Shown piece after piece: positions 13,582 to 27,981 of a DNA stretch of 64,000 nucleotides. A model generated the notes under the pieces. That model saw only the letters and a list, made by a program, of their open reading frames with translations. It searched no databases and was not told where the DNA came from. Source of the stretch: the human T2T-CHM13v2.0 reference genome, Homo sapiens. The stretch is from assembly GCF_009914755.1 (NCBI RefSeq), contig NC_060933.1; one strand, 5' to 3'. Position numbers and translations under genes: made by a program. Every line of letters starts with the position of its first letter. Position 1 is the first letter of the stretch.

Positions 13582-15845
13582 TTTTTTTTTTTTTTTTGTC
13601 TAACAAGAAATTCTGGGTACTGTAGAGAACTCAGTACCCAGAACCCAGAGTGGAAGTCTCAACCCACCACCCATGGTAACGACTGATATGTGTTGATGTC
13701 TGCCCTTCCTGACTTGCTCTTGTACTTTATAAACACGTATATATACATATACAAGCTTATCATCTGATTACATAAATCAACTCACAACTGAACATTTTCT
13801 GCTCCATCTTTTTTTCCACTAAAAATGTATTTTGAAGATCTTTTCTTACCAGTTCAATGACATAAAGCTCATCTCTTCCAATACTCCATCCCATTCCCTG
13901 GAAGGGACTCACCACTACCGAATTCTCATTCTCCTATCAATGGACATTTAGGGTGTTTCTCATTTTTTGCTAGCACCATCACCTGCGATGAACATCCTTG
14001 TATGTGCCATCTTGGGGCATTCATGCATCTAATTCCCTAAACTAGAGAAAAATGGAATTCCTGAAGCCATAGGCAGTGAGTCTTTATTCACAGACAATCA
14101 CATTTCCTTGCCAGTGTCCCCTGGGGCATGCCTTATCCCTTTTGTAGTTCCTGTATCTACCTGCAGGGGGAAGCACTATGCCATCTGGGCCTACAGAGGA
14201 CCTGAATTCCCCTGACAATGTGGACAGGGCTGGGTGGAGGCCTCGCAATGTCCTTCTCCCAAGGGAGTGCTCACTCTGGTGGAGAGATCCACACTCCTTC
14301 GTGCTTTCTTCCACAGTTTCCAAAAAGCTCCCAGTTTAGGCAGATCTTGGCTCTATCTTCCAATCATCTGGGGGCTAAATCTTGGGCCCTAAAGCACTGC
14401 AAAGCACCAAAATGAAAACGGTAACCTGGTGGTGTCTTAGGGTGCGAACTCCCTCAAAAGTGTTTTCCAGTGGAAGGTACAGTTGCTAGAAAGCCATTCT
14501 CAAACGGTGTTCAACCCCTTCCTAGCTATGAGACTTCAGACAAGTTACTTAACTTCTCTGGCCTCAGTGTTCCCACCTATTAAAAGGGGCCATAACGCCT
14601 ATGCTCATGGAGCTGTCATGTAAACTGAATGAGGGCCAATGAGAAAATGTGCATAAAGCATCTTGCACTGGGCAGGGCGCACAGGAGGTGCTTGGCAAAT
14701 AGTGGGTAGCATTAGTAACAGCAAAATTACAGCGATGATGCCACATTTTATTCTTCCCACTGCACAGATGAGGAAAGCGATTCTAGGTGGTGAAGTGTCT
14801 ATGCACGGTCACAGAAGATAAAAGGCAGGGCTTTTATACCTCTCTCCTCGCTTCTCTCCATTGCCCTCTCACCAGCAGTTTAAGGGGATTCACACCCCCT
14901 TAAACACCAGGCCAATCCTACACCTTGGCCCAAGACAGACAGGGGAGGGTTTTTAAAAAGGACATGGGCCTCACAGGATGTAAACAAAAGAAAGTCCCTT
15001 AGGGTCTTGAACCCCAAGCAGGTGCTGTGTCCAGCCACATGGACTGGAAAGTCCCTTCCCATTTAGCCCTGCTTTGAGGGAGGACAGAAATTGGTGATGC
15101 GGACTCTGCCCCAGTAGCATATTTTAATGTCATGAGAAAGTAAAACCCTAATTAGCACTCTGTCTTCCAAGCTCCTTCCATCTGTACCATTTTCATCTGT
15201 GTTAATTACCTCTTACAGGGACCACTAACTGCAACAGCTTCCCAGCCTCCTCTCTCAGCCCAGTCACTGCAGAGCAACCAGAGAATCCTTATAAAACATA
15301 CGTGGACTCTGACCCTTCCCTGCCCCAAACTCTCCCCATTGCTTCTGCTATAAAACTCCCCACAGTGCATCTTGGGCCTGTGCGCCTGGTCCTGATGCCT
15401 GGCCAGCCTCATCTCCTGCCCTGCCACCTGAGCTGTCTTATAGGATCAAGTACTCCAAGCTCTTTTCCACTTCAGGCCTTTGCACGTGATGCTCTGTCCC
15501 TGAAAGTACATATCTCAACATACTTACTTATGCAAATGATTATTTTATTATCTACACTCTTCTCAGTTGACCAGGAAGGCAAGAAATTGTTGTGGCTTGA
15601 TCAGAGATGTATCAATAAATAGAAAACATAGGAGATGGTAAGAGATTCCACATAAAGAGACAGTGAAGAAATGAAAGGATGCTTTCTTCTTGGAATTGAA
15701 CACCAATAAGGAAATTTACCTCTCCTGAAGTTACCAATGATTTCTCTAGTAGAATGGAAATAATCCATTAATTTCTCCTTTTGCCTTGGTTGCTAGGGGG
15801 CTCAGAATTCAATTTCAATATAAATACTGTTCCTATCAAAGGCAC

Positions 15846-15848
15846 CAC

Positions 15849-15881
<33 letters not shown>

Positions 15882-15928
15882 CGTACACACACACACACGC
15901 ACACACACGCGTGCACACACACACACAC
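15846..15928 (+). repeat. Interrupted (CA)n microsatellite
   Basis: ~80 bp of alternating purine-pyrimidine CA/CG repeats. Confidence 0.95.
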
Positions 15929-17895
15929 TTTCCAAGATCACTTCTGATTCCTCTACCTTTTTAATGAAGTGCTTTTCAGGTTAACTCACTCCATTACTTT
16001 TGACTTAAGTAAGAATCTTAATTATAAATGTATTAGTAAATAAGCAAATGAGATATGTAAAGTTTAAAGCGGGGGTTAAACTACACCATTCACATGGTAG
16101 ATGCTCAATAAAACCACTGCTGAGTGAATAAACACTAAAATCTAAGCACATTTCTAGAATTAGATACCTTTTCTATGCAGCTGGAGATGGAGATCCTTTT
16201 TACAGATGCTTGGGCAATCATTCTGCTTTCTCCTCCTACCTCTCTCCCTCCACTCTATAGAAAGGCTCTGCAGCTACTGAGTTTGGTCTAAGAACACGTC
16301 ATTTGTAAACATTCTCTTAAACAAAAGTCCAAAAATTGTTATTCTTATATTATTTTGGAATGATGACATAACTGGGCAATGGTGTGGTAAGAATTCTGTT
16401 TCTCAAAGAACTGTGGCTTCACAGTAGCATCCTCAACATCTGTGTGCTCATCAGGGAGCCAGGACCCGCGACACAGCCATGCCACGACACGGTCCATCTG
16501 CTCCGGCTCTGTGCGGCCACCTCGCTTCCTTGCGCTGCTGCATCCCAGGGTAAATCGAGTGGACCACAGAGCATTGGTGTGAACTCATCCAAGACCCCAT
16601 CCCTGAAATGCAGCCCAACATAAGGATCATTAAACGCAATGACAACATACGTCAAAAAGAAATGCAAGGAAGCAGGTGATTCGACAATTGAGGAAATGTG
16701 AATACATAAGGATAAAGGCCAGGGGAGATGGCAGAGAAATGTATGATGTCCAGTTAGAAGGATGGGAACGTGGGTGTCTTCTCCCCTTTTCTGGTTTTCT
16801 TTAATGCTATTTAGATATGCCTTTAATTTGGGCCTCACGAAGTAGGTTTTTAAAAACCAACGGCTGGATAGGAGAGTATTTAAGGAAAGAAGAACATTTA
16901 AAGAAAAAGTTTTTTTTAAAAAAGATATAAAAACCAACTGTTCATTCCTTCCACCCTCTTTTCTTTAAGAGTTTGACCTTCTCTGAGGGTTCAATGTAAG
17001 GATGCAGAAGGAAACCTTTGCTTCCATGCTGCGAATGCCGGGATCTCAGAGGCTGGAAGAAAGACCTGACATTTTAAAGTCCCTGCTCTCCACTGTCATT
17101 GCTTCTAAATGTTTGGGTGAGTTAAGGCTGTGTGAAAAGAAAAAAACATAAACCTTCAAAGAGAGGGATAAAATCCTGACCTTGGGAATAATGCTACAAG
17201 AAATTTGCAACAAAGTGACAGATAGGCTGTCCACCCCTTTGCAAAACAACTCATAAGGACAGAACAGATTCCAGAAAGATATTGATTCCTCTTTAATGCA
17301 ATTCTTCAATTATCCTCAAAGCCTGGCTTTTAGTCTGTTATAATTTAAGTAAATTGCTTTATAAATGTTCTTTTAAGTTTTGTCTGTTTATTCTTTTTTT
17401 TTCTTTAAGGAAGAACAAGAGTCTCAGAGTCATAAATATATTCACTCAAGATGAGCCCCAATGGGTTTGCAATGGCACATTTTGTTGTCTGGGATCGATG
17501 TCCGAAGCACAGAGATCCATCAGGAATATCTGTTTATATCCATATCGTTTTCTCATTCCATGAATAGATACGTTGATGGGATTTAGTCTCCTCCCAGACT
17601 CTTGACATCCCTGTGCCTCATCACTTTTTGACAATTCTCAGTTGAAAAGGTGATGGGCTTCCAATTTAATTCAAGCTCAGATGAAAAATCTGAATTCAAG
17701 GTGGATTAATCAGCCATTTCCTAAAAACCTACTCGGCCGATGTCTGAAAAATAATGATAGATTTGATGACACTGAAATGCAAAACTCTTGTGATAAATGG
17801 GCACAGGATATCAGTCAGTTATGCACGAAATATATACGTGTAAATACATGAACACACACACAAACAATAAACATGCAAAAGAGTTTAACTTCACT

Positions 17896-18420
17896 GCAAC
17901 ATGGGACAGAATGAGGGGATGCAACGGAGGCAGGTCGGAGCCGCTGCCATCACCATGACCTGTGGTAACCAGCAAGAGCTCCCCACCAGAAGAGTATGAA
18001 AAAGCAGAGCGCGCCTCGGTTAAGGGAAAGCACCAAGATGACAGGCTTTTTGCCGCCACCCGCAAGCAGAGGGACTTGGAGATCATGCAGCAGAAGGAGA
18101 AAAAGGCAAACGAGAAGCAGCAGGAACCCAAGTAGCTTTGTGCTTCGTGTCCAACCCTCCCGCCCTTTGCCTGAGTGCCTGGAGCCAGTCCCACCATGCC
18201 CACGTCTCCTCCTGCAGGGCCCACAAGTCCCAGCCCTGATGGCTTCCCTTTGCCCTGAGTCTGCAGCGGGTCCCTTTTGTGCTTCCTTCCCCCATCAGGT
18301 GGCCTCTCTCCTCCTGGGTCACTCCCAGGGTGACAAGGTTACCCCTTCCCAGTGTTTTTTATTCCTGTGGCGCTCACCCCAAAGTATTAAAAGTAGCTTT
18401 GTAATTTGAAAAAAAAAAAA
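17896..18420 (+). pseudogene. SERF2 processed pseudogene, antisense within WHRN intron 1
   Basis: ATG 17955 to TAG 18135 reconstructs [57 protein letters not shown], similar to SERF2, with -1 and +2 frameshifts. It is intronless, with ATTAAA at 18386, poly(A) at 18409-18420, and TSDs aaaagagtttaacttcact (17877-17895) / aaaagagcttaacttcact (18417-18435). Confidence 0.92.
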
Positions 18421-19094
18421 GAGCTTAACTTCACTATTTAAGTTATGTAAATTAAAACAGGATACCTTTTTGTCTAACAGATTGATAAAAATGGAAAAGA
18501 AATATAATACCCAGTGTCGGCATGGCTGGAGAAAAATGAAGAGCATCAACTGCTGTTAAACGCTGGTGGGAGGGAATATACAAAACAAATTCCGTCCCAG
18601 GGGCAGTCTGGCAACAGTTAATCAGAAGCTTTAAAATTGCGCCTCTCCCCCAAGCCAATGCCACCTCTAGAAAGACAGCCCAAGGAATTATTAGAAATGT
18701 GCTTAAAGATGAATGTGCAGGGATGTCTAAAGCAGCAATATGGATAATATTAAAAAACAAACTGTCTAACAAGAAGAAATTAGTTAAATAAATCATGTAC
18801 CTCTTCACTACGATATATTATGCAATCATTAAAAAATCACAGTGTAGAAACATTTATCAAGGTGGGAACACAGTCATCATACATCGCTTGGTGTAACGAA
18901 TAGGCTAGATAACGATGCTCAGAATGGCAGCTTTGGGAAGAATTCCCAATACAAATGCATACACAGATGCACACAGGGTACTCTAATTGTCAATAGTGAT
19001 TATTTCTGGCAGGTGAGTGGGTACAATTATTACTGACTTGGGGAGGGTCTTTTGGCGTTTTTCTGAAGTTTTCAAGTTTTAAAAATTAAGTCCA

Positions 19095-19420
<326 letters not shown>

Positions 19421-19449
19421 CAATTAAGTCCATATATGTTAGGTAATTA

Positions 19450-19762
<313 letters not shown>

Positions 19763-22700
19763 GTGGGGGTGGGGGGGTGGGGAGAAAAAACGTTTTATTT
19801 AACAGCCTAGACAAATTCCTCTATTCCATTTGTTTCCTATGACCAAACAAAATGTCCCTTTAACTTGTCCAGTCTGTGACAGCAGAGTTAATGACCACCA
19901 GCCTTTCACATGAGGCCCAGGAGAGAGACCCTCCTCTCATCCTTGAAGTGTGCTGATCAGGCAGTGTAGACAAATTCAGAGACTCCACCATTCAATGAGA
20001 TAATTTCACAAGTCACCAGTTATCTATCAGGGAATTTCCACAGACAACGTACAAAATAAAAACCTGACAAAGGTCAAGGCATGGTGAGAGAGATAAGAGA
20101 GAGGAAAAAGGAAAAAAACAAAAAGGAAAAAGTGCCCAATGCCACCTCTGTCCCTGAAATCTAGTCAATAAAATGCATACAGTGTGCCCAGGGGAGAACA
20201 GGGAAGCTGCAGCCTAGGTTTTCTCATCAAATAGCTACAAAGCCATTTCCACAAGGAAAAAACTCAGGGAGGAAACGCACATTTACTGAACTCCTGCTCT
20301 TGCCAGCACCACGCTGGGCTGTATGCCGTGCTTCTCCGTTAGCAGCCAGCCGAGAGCCCTGGCAATGAGCATGCACTTTGGAGGCCAGAATACCTGGGTT
20401 CAAATCCTAGTCCCACCACCCCTGACTGTGTGCCCCTGACTGTGTGCCCGTGATGGGTCACCTCCTCTTCCAATTCTCAGAGTCCCCTCCCGGGGGGGTA
20501 TGGTGAAGTGTCAGTGGGGGATTTACATGAAACCCACACAGAGCTTGTGATGTCACAGAAGATTCCCAGTGGTGGTGATATTTTTTAGTGCGCTAAGTAC
20601 TGTAAACATCTTGTGCGTGTTATCTGTTTTGTACCTTCTACACTGCCAGGAAGAGCAGCATCTGGTAGGAAAACAGATCCCAACACAGGAGTTTGAACAT
20701 GGTAAATGATCATCAAATGTTCAGACCAATAGATGCACCCAGTGCTTTAACACATTGTCTGCATAATCATCAGTATCCCCATTTTAGAGATGAGGAAACC
20801 TGAACAGAGAAGGTAAGTAACTTGTCTGCTACTTTACTATTATTCCCATCACAATTTCACTGAAGAGGAATCTGAGAATCAGAGACGTTAGGAAGCTGGT
20901 TCAAGGCCCCACAGCTAGAAAGTGGCAGAGCCAGTCTTGGAAACCCAGGGCTTCGGAGCTCAGGCTCGAGCACTGTGGGGCATCCCTTCTCTCTGCTGTT
21001 GGGGCAAAGACGCAACCCCTCAAGTCAACAAAACCTAGGTGTAAATCCTGGCTCTGTCACTTTCCACCTTTGGGATGACTGGCAAGTGACAAACTCTTGG
21101 CAATTTTGGAAAACAAAGTGATGAAAATGATACCTACTTGAACTTCACAGGGTGATTATGAGGCTTAACTGAGTTTATACACATACACTGAAAACAGTGT
21201 CTGGTTCATTCTAAGCCCTCTATCAAAGGTTATTATCATACAATGAGCAACAAAGAAAAAAAACACCAAGAAATGCATTATCTGTGTCATGACAGAAGTG
21301 AGAAAGGCCATGACACTGCGGGGGGGAGCGGGTTTCAGGAGGGAAGAGCAGGCTCCTCAGGGTGGGGACAGCGGCAGAGGTGAGCAGGCAGGTCCTCTGG
21401 AGAGGACGTACTGAGGTTGCACCTAACAGGATAAGTGGTGTCAACAGGTGGAGAGAGTGAAAGCCTTGCTTCAGAGGAGGGTATGTTGCTTGCTTGGCCA
21501 AGAGTGGACACAACTTGGGGAACAGGACTGCTGGTAAAGATCAGAGCATGGGCAGCCCAAACACCAGGTTGAGGAGCTTGGCGTCTGCCCTGCAGGCTCC
21601 CAGCTCAAGAGCAGGGTTGTAGACAGGGCACAGCTTGATGAGATATGTATTTAGAGAGTGTACCCGGTCAACAGGATGGACATCAGACCGGTGGGCAGAC
21701 GAGCAAGACAGGAGACAGACAGGCTGGCCAGGAGGATGCTACAGTTCGGCAGTGCTGGTGGCAATGGTGGTGACGGGGAAGAGGGAGGTGTGGTCTGAGA
21801 AGTGCTGGAAAGAAGTAAAGCCTGGAGAGTCCAGCCTCCCTGGGGCTGGTGCAATACTCAAGTGGGAGAAAGTGGGGAACAAGAGCAGGGGAAATATCCA
21901 CAATTTAAGAGCGAGAGAAAGCACAACGAGAAGGCAATTAAAAAATAGATAAATACACTAAAAGGAGGCACAGATCCTGTGCAGAGACAACAAGGCTAGA
22001 AGATGGGTGGAGATGCAGACATTTGGGGAAAGAGGAATTTGAGGGAGAGCTGTACATGTATATGGACCTGAGAAGCAGACTTAAAAATCTCAGGATTGGA
22101 AGGACTTGCAGGAGGAGAGGGGCTCAAGAGAGTCAGGGAAAATTTGGGAGAAATGTATGATTCTCTAAAGAGAAAGAAGAGGGAGGCAGAAGGAAAGAGA
22201 TGAAGAAAAGGAAAAGGGTACACTGGGTCCAAACACTACAAAGGATGCCACCCCTCCGTCCAGGGACAGGAGGATGGACATGGCAGAAGGAAAATCCCTC
22301 CCCTGACTTTCAAAGTTTTCCTATCCACATGGGAGGTTAATTTCTGAAAGCTGGACCACGTTTCTTTTCTTAATCAGAAACCTCTTAATGAGACTTTGTA
22401 CACCTTTTCAGATGTAGCTCAAATAAATTACAGGGTTTTTTTTTTAAGTGCAGAAGCCCATGTTAACAAATCACCAATTTCACCTGCATTAATTGCTTTA
22501 ATGGGCTCTAAAAACAGCCACCTCCTCTCCCTCCTCATCAGGGTCCCTGGGGAGGCCATCAGGGAAGGTTGCTGGGAAACGAAGTTATGGATGCAGCTGA
22601 TCCAGGGGACAATGCTGTCACACTCTGGGTCATGCAACTGTCTGGTATGCCACCCACATTGCTATAAGGCCTCACAGATCATCAGAAGGGACGGTGGGGG

Positions 22701-25700
22701 GACACAGAATTCTATTCAACCACCAGGCTTTATTACTGCTATAAAGCAAAAATGCCGATGCCAAAAGCCAGATAGGAGCAATTACGTTTTTAAAGAAACT
22801 CTGTCTATGTGGGGATATTGACTACATTCAGTAAATGACTCTGCAATTCAAACAGCTACAGTGGATCACATGGGCCCTGAGTCCAGTATTTTCTTCCAAT
22901 GCCACCTAAAAAAATCCAACCAACCAACCAAACAAACAAACAAAAAAACTAAGCAGGCATAACAGAAGACTTTCAAAGACAAGCGAAGGCAGTCCATACC
23001 ATTTTTCATTACAATGCTTGCAGCAGGACCTCCACTGCCATATTTTCCAGATTTCTGATGTTCAACAGCAACAATGACATGTTTGTGAGGACTATGGGCC
23101 AGGTTTGGTGGTAGGATATCTGAGTAACAGAAAGGCAAAGGGACCTGCCCAAGGTCACAGCCAAGTTACACCGTCAGATGAACCCAGGTCCATCTCCAAA
23201 ACCCATCTCTAACCTCTTGGGTACATACCACCCTTCCTCAGATTTTCCAGTACGTCAGTTGACCTTACACAAGTGGAATCTTGCTGCAAGATAGTTAAGG
23301 ATGGGGACAGGAAAGGTTCACCTCTCTGGTCAAGCCTTTATGGGGATAAACAGTGTTGGGGATGGAGGAATCCTAAAGGAGGACAGTGTTTCCCAAACTT
23401 TAGCATGGTTAAGGCCTGGCTGGGGAGTTTGTTAATTCCTAAGCAAGCTAACATTGTAAATTACCACTTCTAAGGCTCTAACACACAGGTATTTGGGAAT
23501 ATCCTTTTTTACATCATTTTACTCTGTTCTTCCCTGCAGCCTACAGCTTTAGAATCCAGGAAAGAGGACATTTGGGGACCTGTTTATGGAAGGCTGATAT
23601 ATTTGCTTTGCATACAGAGTTGAGAGGATGCTGATATTAGGAAACTCAGGTGGAGAGGAAAAAAATCATGACGAAACTGGCTGCTAACTGAAGCAAAGCC
23701 ACAGCCAATTTAGCAAAAGGAACACAAATTCTCAAACGGGGAAGGAGCCAAAGGTGCTGGGACTGTAAAGGAAGAAAAAATAAATCCATTTATGCATGCT
23801 CAGAGAATAAAGCAGCTTTTAAGCATATGTGTGGTTACTGGAAACTTGGCCTTCACCCAAAATGCTGGGTTTCTAGAAACCTGAACAGTTTTTGTTTTTT
23901 GTTTTTAAAAAAAAAAAAGAAAAGGAAAAAAAAAAGAAAGAAGCCCAAAAGCCAGAAGATATATCTCACCCAAAATTGGTTCATTGATTGCTTCAGAATG
24001 CATAAATAATTCTATTTTGGAATCAAAGACACAATCAGGCTGCTGAAATAACCCACTTCTGGGGATGTGGTTTGAAAATTAAGAGCAAAGTGACAAATGA
24101 ACTAGCTGAAAGGGTCTTGTAGAGTGGCTCTGGGCTTCAGGGGAGGAGAAAAGCCATTGAGTATCCAGGCACAGACCACATTTTTTTTAAAGGCTTTACA
24201 CTCAAATAGCAGAGGGTTCCAAATGTTGCCACACCTAGTAGTCATTTGCTCCCCACAGCCACCTGGGAAGGAGGCAGGTGGGAGGTAGTTATGCCTATTT
24301 CACAGCTCCAAAGACTGAGGTTCAGAGATGTCACGTGAACTGCCCACGGCCACAAAGCCAGCTTGGTGGTAAAGCACACACTAGAGCCAGTGGCTTTTTT
24401 CAGTGTTTTTGTCTAGCACCCACAACGCTGCCATACACAGACTTCCATCAGATCTCACTCTCAGGAGCTGGGGAATTCTGAATTCACTAGCGCTGGATTA
24501 GGAGCAAGATCATTCCATTCATTCGGCAAATATTTATTTATATATTAAAGCACCTACTGTGTGCCGGGAGCTGGGGATGCGTGAATAAGCAAGGCAGATC
24601 AAATCTTGGTTATCCTGGAGCAAACTTGTAATGGGGGAGGCAGACCATAAAAAGACATACAGAAATTTCCTTTTAGCAGTGACAAATGGGCTGCAGGACA
24701 CTAAAGCCAGGCAAAAGGATAGAGGAGTGGGCAGGTAGGGGTACTACTTCAGAGAGGGTGGCAGGGATGCAGAGGCATGAGAATGTCACAGCACTGTAAA
24801 TGCTGGGTGACCTGTGGCCACGGATGGGTCTCTATCCCCCAAGGACAGAGGTCATGTCCTATTCATCTCTGATGTCCAAGTATCAGCCACAGGCCTGTGT
24901 GTGGTAAGCACTGCTCAGAGAATGTATGGATGCATGTCTCTACTTGACGATGGAACAGGCTGAAATACACCACTCTCCCTTGATATGTAGGTCTCAGACC
25001 GCCCCCCGACCTTAGTAAGGTGAAGTCTCTGGGTGGTTCTTAAAAGGCCCTCAAATGTCAAGTACAAAATGTGACATCTGCCACACTTTCTAGTAAGCGG
25101 ACTGGCTGGCATTGTCTTCCAGGAGGCTGACTACAAAATCCTTGGGCTGGGGTCCAAGCAAGGAGGCCACTTGGTTCCTAATCCCAATGGGGACCTTAAG
25201 CTCCCCAGTTCCATCTCCTTGAGCATGACCCTCCTCGCCTGCCTGCCTCCCCTGGGGAAGGTTAAAGGGAACAGGAGGGACAAAGCACCCAGCACATAGT
25301 AGGTAATCGTTAATGTCAGTCTCCCCTGTTCCCAACAGGCTTCCAATAAAGTAAAGTGCAAGTGCAATGTAAATTACATACTCCAGGTGACAATGATGTG
25401 TCAATGTAGGTTCATCAATTGTTGATAATGGGGGCGGCTAGCATGTGTCCACTATATGGGAAATCTCTGTATCTTCTGTTCAATTTTGCTGTGAACCGAA
25501 AACTGCTTTAATAAATAGTCTATTGAAAAAATAAATAACCACAAGTGCACTTGCCCCATGATGCTGCTTCCTGCAGCTGACATCAGGAATGCACGGAAAA
25601 AGAATGGAGAGAAAGTGATTCCTATTCTCTGCACCCTTTCCGCTTGCCAGGCTTTAACAGTAAAAGGCCAATGTCAGCAGCACAAAATCTTAAAAATCAC

Positions 25701-27939
25701 CCCTACCCTGGGGCATGATTAGAAGTCTGCGTGAGTTCAGAGTTAATATCAGATTCTTCCTCAGGAATTTAAAAAAGAAGTCAGTTTTGAAAGATTTGTA
25801 TTTCAACCTCCAGATACCTCCAGCCATTTAATGTCATTCTTTCCAATCAGATTCGCTGGTCCTGGCTGAGGATTAGTCTGGGGTCCCTGAGAAGGGTAAA
25901 CCAAAGGCTTCCCTTCCAGGTCATAAAAGAACCTTGCAAGAAATCACCAGTTGGAGCCTAATCCCCTATGGACGCCTGCTTCGGTGCAAAGCCCTTTGCA
26001 GGATGGAGGGGGGATTATGACTCTGAGGAGACTGTACATGTGATTCAAGCTTGAGCAGTCAGGCACATGAGCGAGGGGCTGCAGGCACTGACAGGTGCAG
26101 GCAGGCTGTGTACCGCTGGTGCGGCTGCCGGCAGGCAGAGTTGGAAAGCAGCAACACACGGACAATCCAATTGGTCGGGGGGTTAAAGAATCACACTTAT
26201 CTTTGCAGCTCCAACCAACTGATGAATTGATGGCAAGTAATAAACAAAGCTGGGTTTGTCAGCAGAGGAGAATGACAGGAAAACAAGACACTAGCGCTGG
26301 TGTGGTTCTATATCTCTTTCATGTCCAGCTTCAAGTCAGGAGGCAATAATTTTCTATAAAAATACCGATTTTTTTTAAGGGCATTCTCTTCCATCCTACA
26401 AAATGCTTCTTTGATTTAAAGAGTAAATAACCAGATGAAAGAGGATTTTGTCCTACCTAGGCATTAAATTTTCTAAAACCTTGAGCGTCAGCTTGAGCCT
26501 ACTAAATATACAAGACTAAATTAAAGAAATGGATATGCAGCAGCCACAAATCTACTCAATAATGGGCTTATTAATAAGTGAGCTTTTCTACATGTCATTG
26601 CTGGCAGGACTCACAGGACCCAAGAGTGAAAACAGGGCCAGAGGAAGGTCTGTGCATGCCATGGTGCCACGGTTTCCAAACTGGACACAGGAACAAGACC
26701 GGGGCAGAAGCTACATTTCAGACATAAAGTTGGAAGAGGTAATAATTTGCAATGGCTTCAGCTAACCATGCACAATGGGAAAAGGACAATTGTGTCATTT
26801 AGAACGTGCTGGACTAAATATAATGTCTTATATTAACATGGACAGATTCTTTCCAGGTTATTATGCAAAGGGAGGGAGGGTGCAATCACTCTAATTAAAT
26901 GAAATTACCGGCAACAGTTTTTAACTTCTGGAATATTTCAATTCTAATATGCTCCTTGAATCCACCCATGGGGGTGCTGAGGCCATAAGGAAGCCGTTTA
27001 ATTTTTATTGAGATGAAACACACACATATATGCACATATCCCAGCAGTGCCCCGCTACCCTGTGTTCTGCTACCGCATAACCAGGAGATTCAGAAGGCAA
27101 GTGAGCAAGTGAATTTGATTTTGAATGCTCCCAGGGCGGTGCTGTTTGTGCCAGAATCCTATTGTTTCCTCATTTGCTCCGAAACAGCACCAGGGTTGGT
27201 GTTTGTGGGTCAAGAGACAGCAGTCAAGCTCTCGTCAGTACAGTGTATAACCCATCAATTTCCTGATATAGTAGGATGCTACACAAGAGTGCCAAGATCC
27301 TCATCTCCCAATCCTTAGCCAACTTTCCTTATTCTGCCTTAAATGAAAGCAATTTCAAAAGAACAAGAAGACATCAGATTAGACATTCTAAATGCCTCCT
27401 GTGTAGCACATACCAAGCAAATCACAGACTGTCCAAGCTGGAAGGGATCTTGGACAGCTCCTGGCCCATCCACCCTGGAACCCAGAGAGGGTCAGTGACT
27501 TGCCCAAGGTCACACAGGAAGTATGCAGCAGGGCCTAAGGCAGCATCCCTGGTCTGTGGACTCTCTGGCCAATTTATCAAGCACATTTGGCTAAAAACCT
27601 TTGAAAGGTCTACTTTTTTATTATTATTAGTTTGGCTCCTGTTCAAGATATTTTTTCAAAAATCAAACATTTCAACATAATTGCAAATAGTCCATGGCTT
27701 ACCTTATCTGGACCTGTCACTGCTGATTTTGCAAATGGGTTTCAAGAGAGGGGTGGAAGCCCCAATGGATATAGGATCAAATCCTCACTGAACTGCTTCA
27801 GGTAACAATGGATGCTTGATTTATCAGAAAGAGAAGTGGAAAAAACTTTGCTCGACCCACTCTTTAAAAAGCTGCAACTTTCCTTTATTCATAAATTATT
27901 AGGTAACTTGATTCCTAAAATTTAATTTAATTTAATTTT

Positions 27940-27943
<4 letters not shown>

Positions 27944-27979
<36 letters not shown>
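27944..27979 (+). repeat. Pure (CA)n microsatellite
   Basis: ~18 uninterrupted AC units. Confidence 0.95.

Positions 27980-27981
<2 letters not shown>

Noticed and set aside
17811-18409. 137-aa ORFs on both strands at the SERF2 retrocopy
   Set aside because: These are out-of-frame or antisense readings of a frameshifted pseudogene.
20421-20450. Short direct duplications (ccctgactgtgtgc x2; also ~8842-8875, ~59990-60016, ~61230-61277)
   Set aside because: Ordinary micro-duplications, mostly inside old repeats, with no evidence of function.
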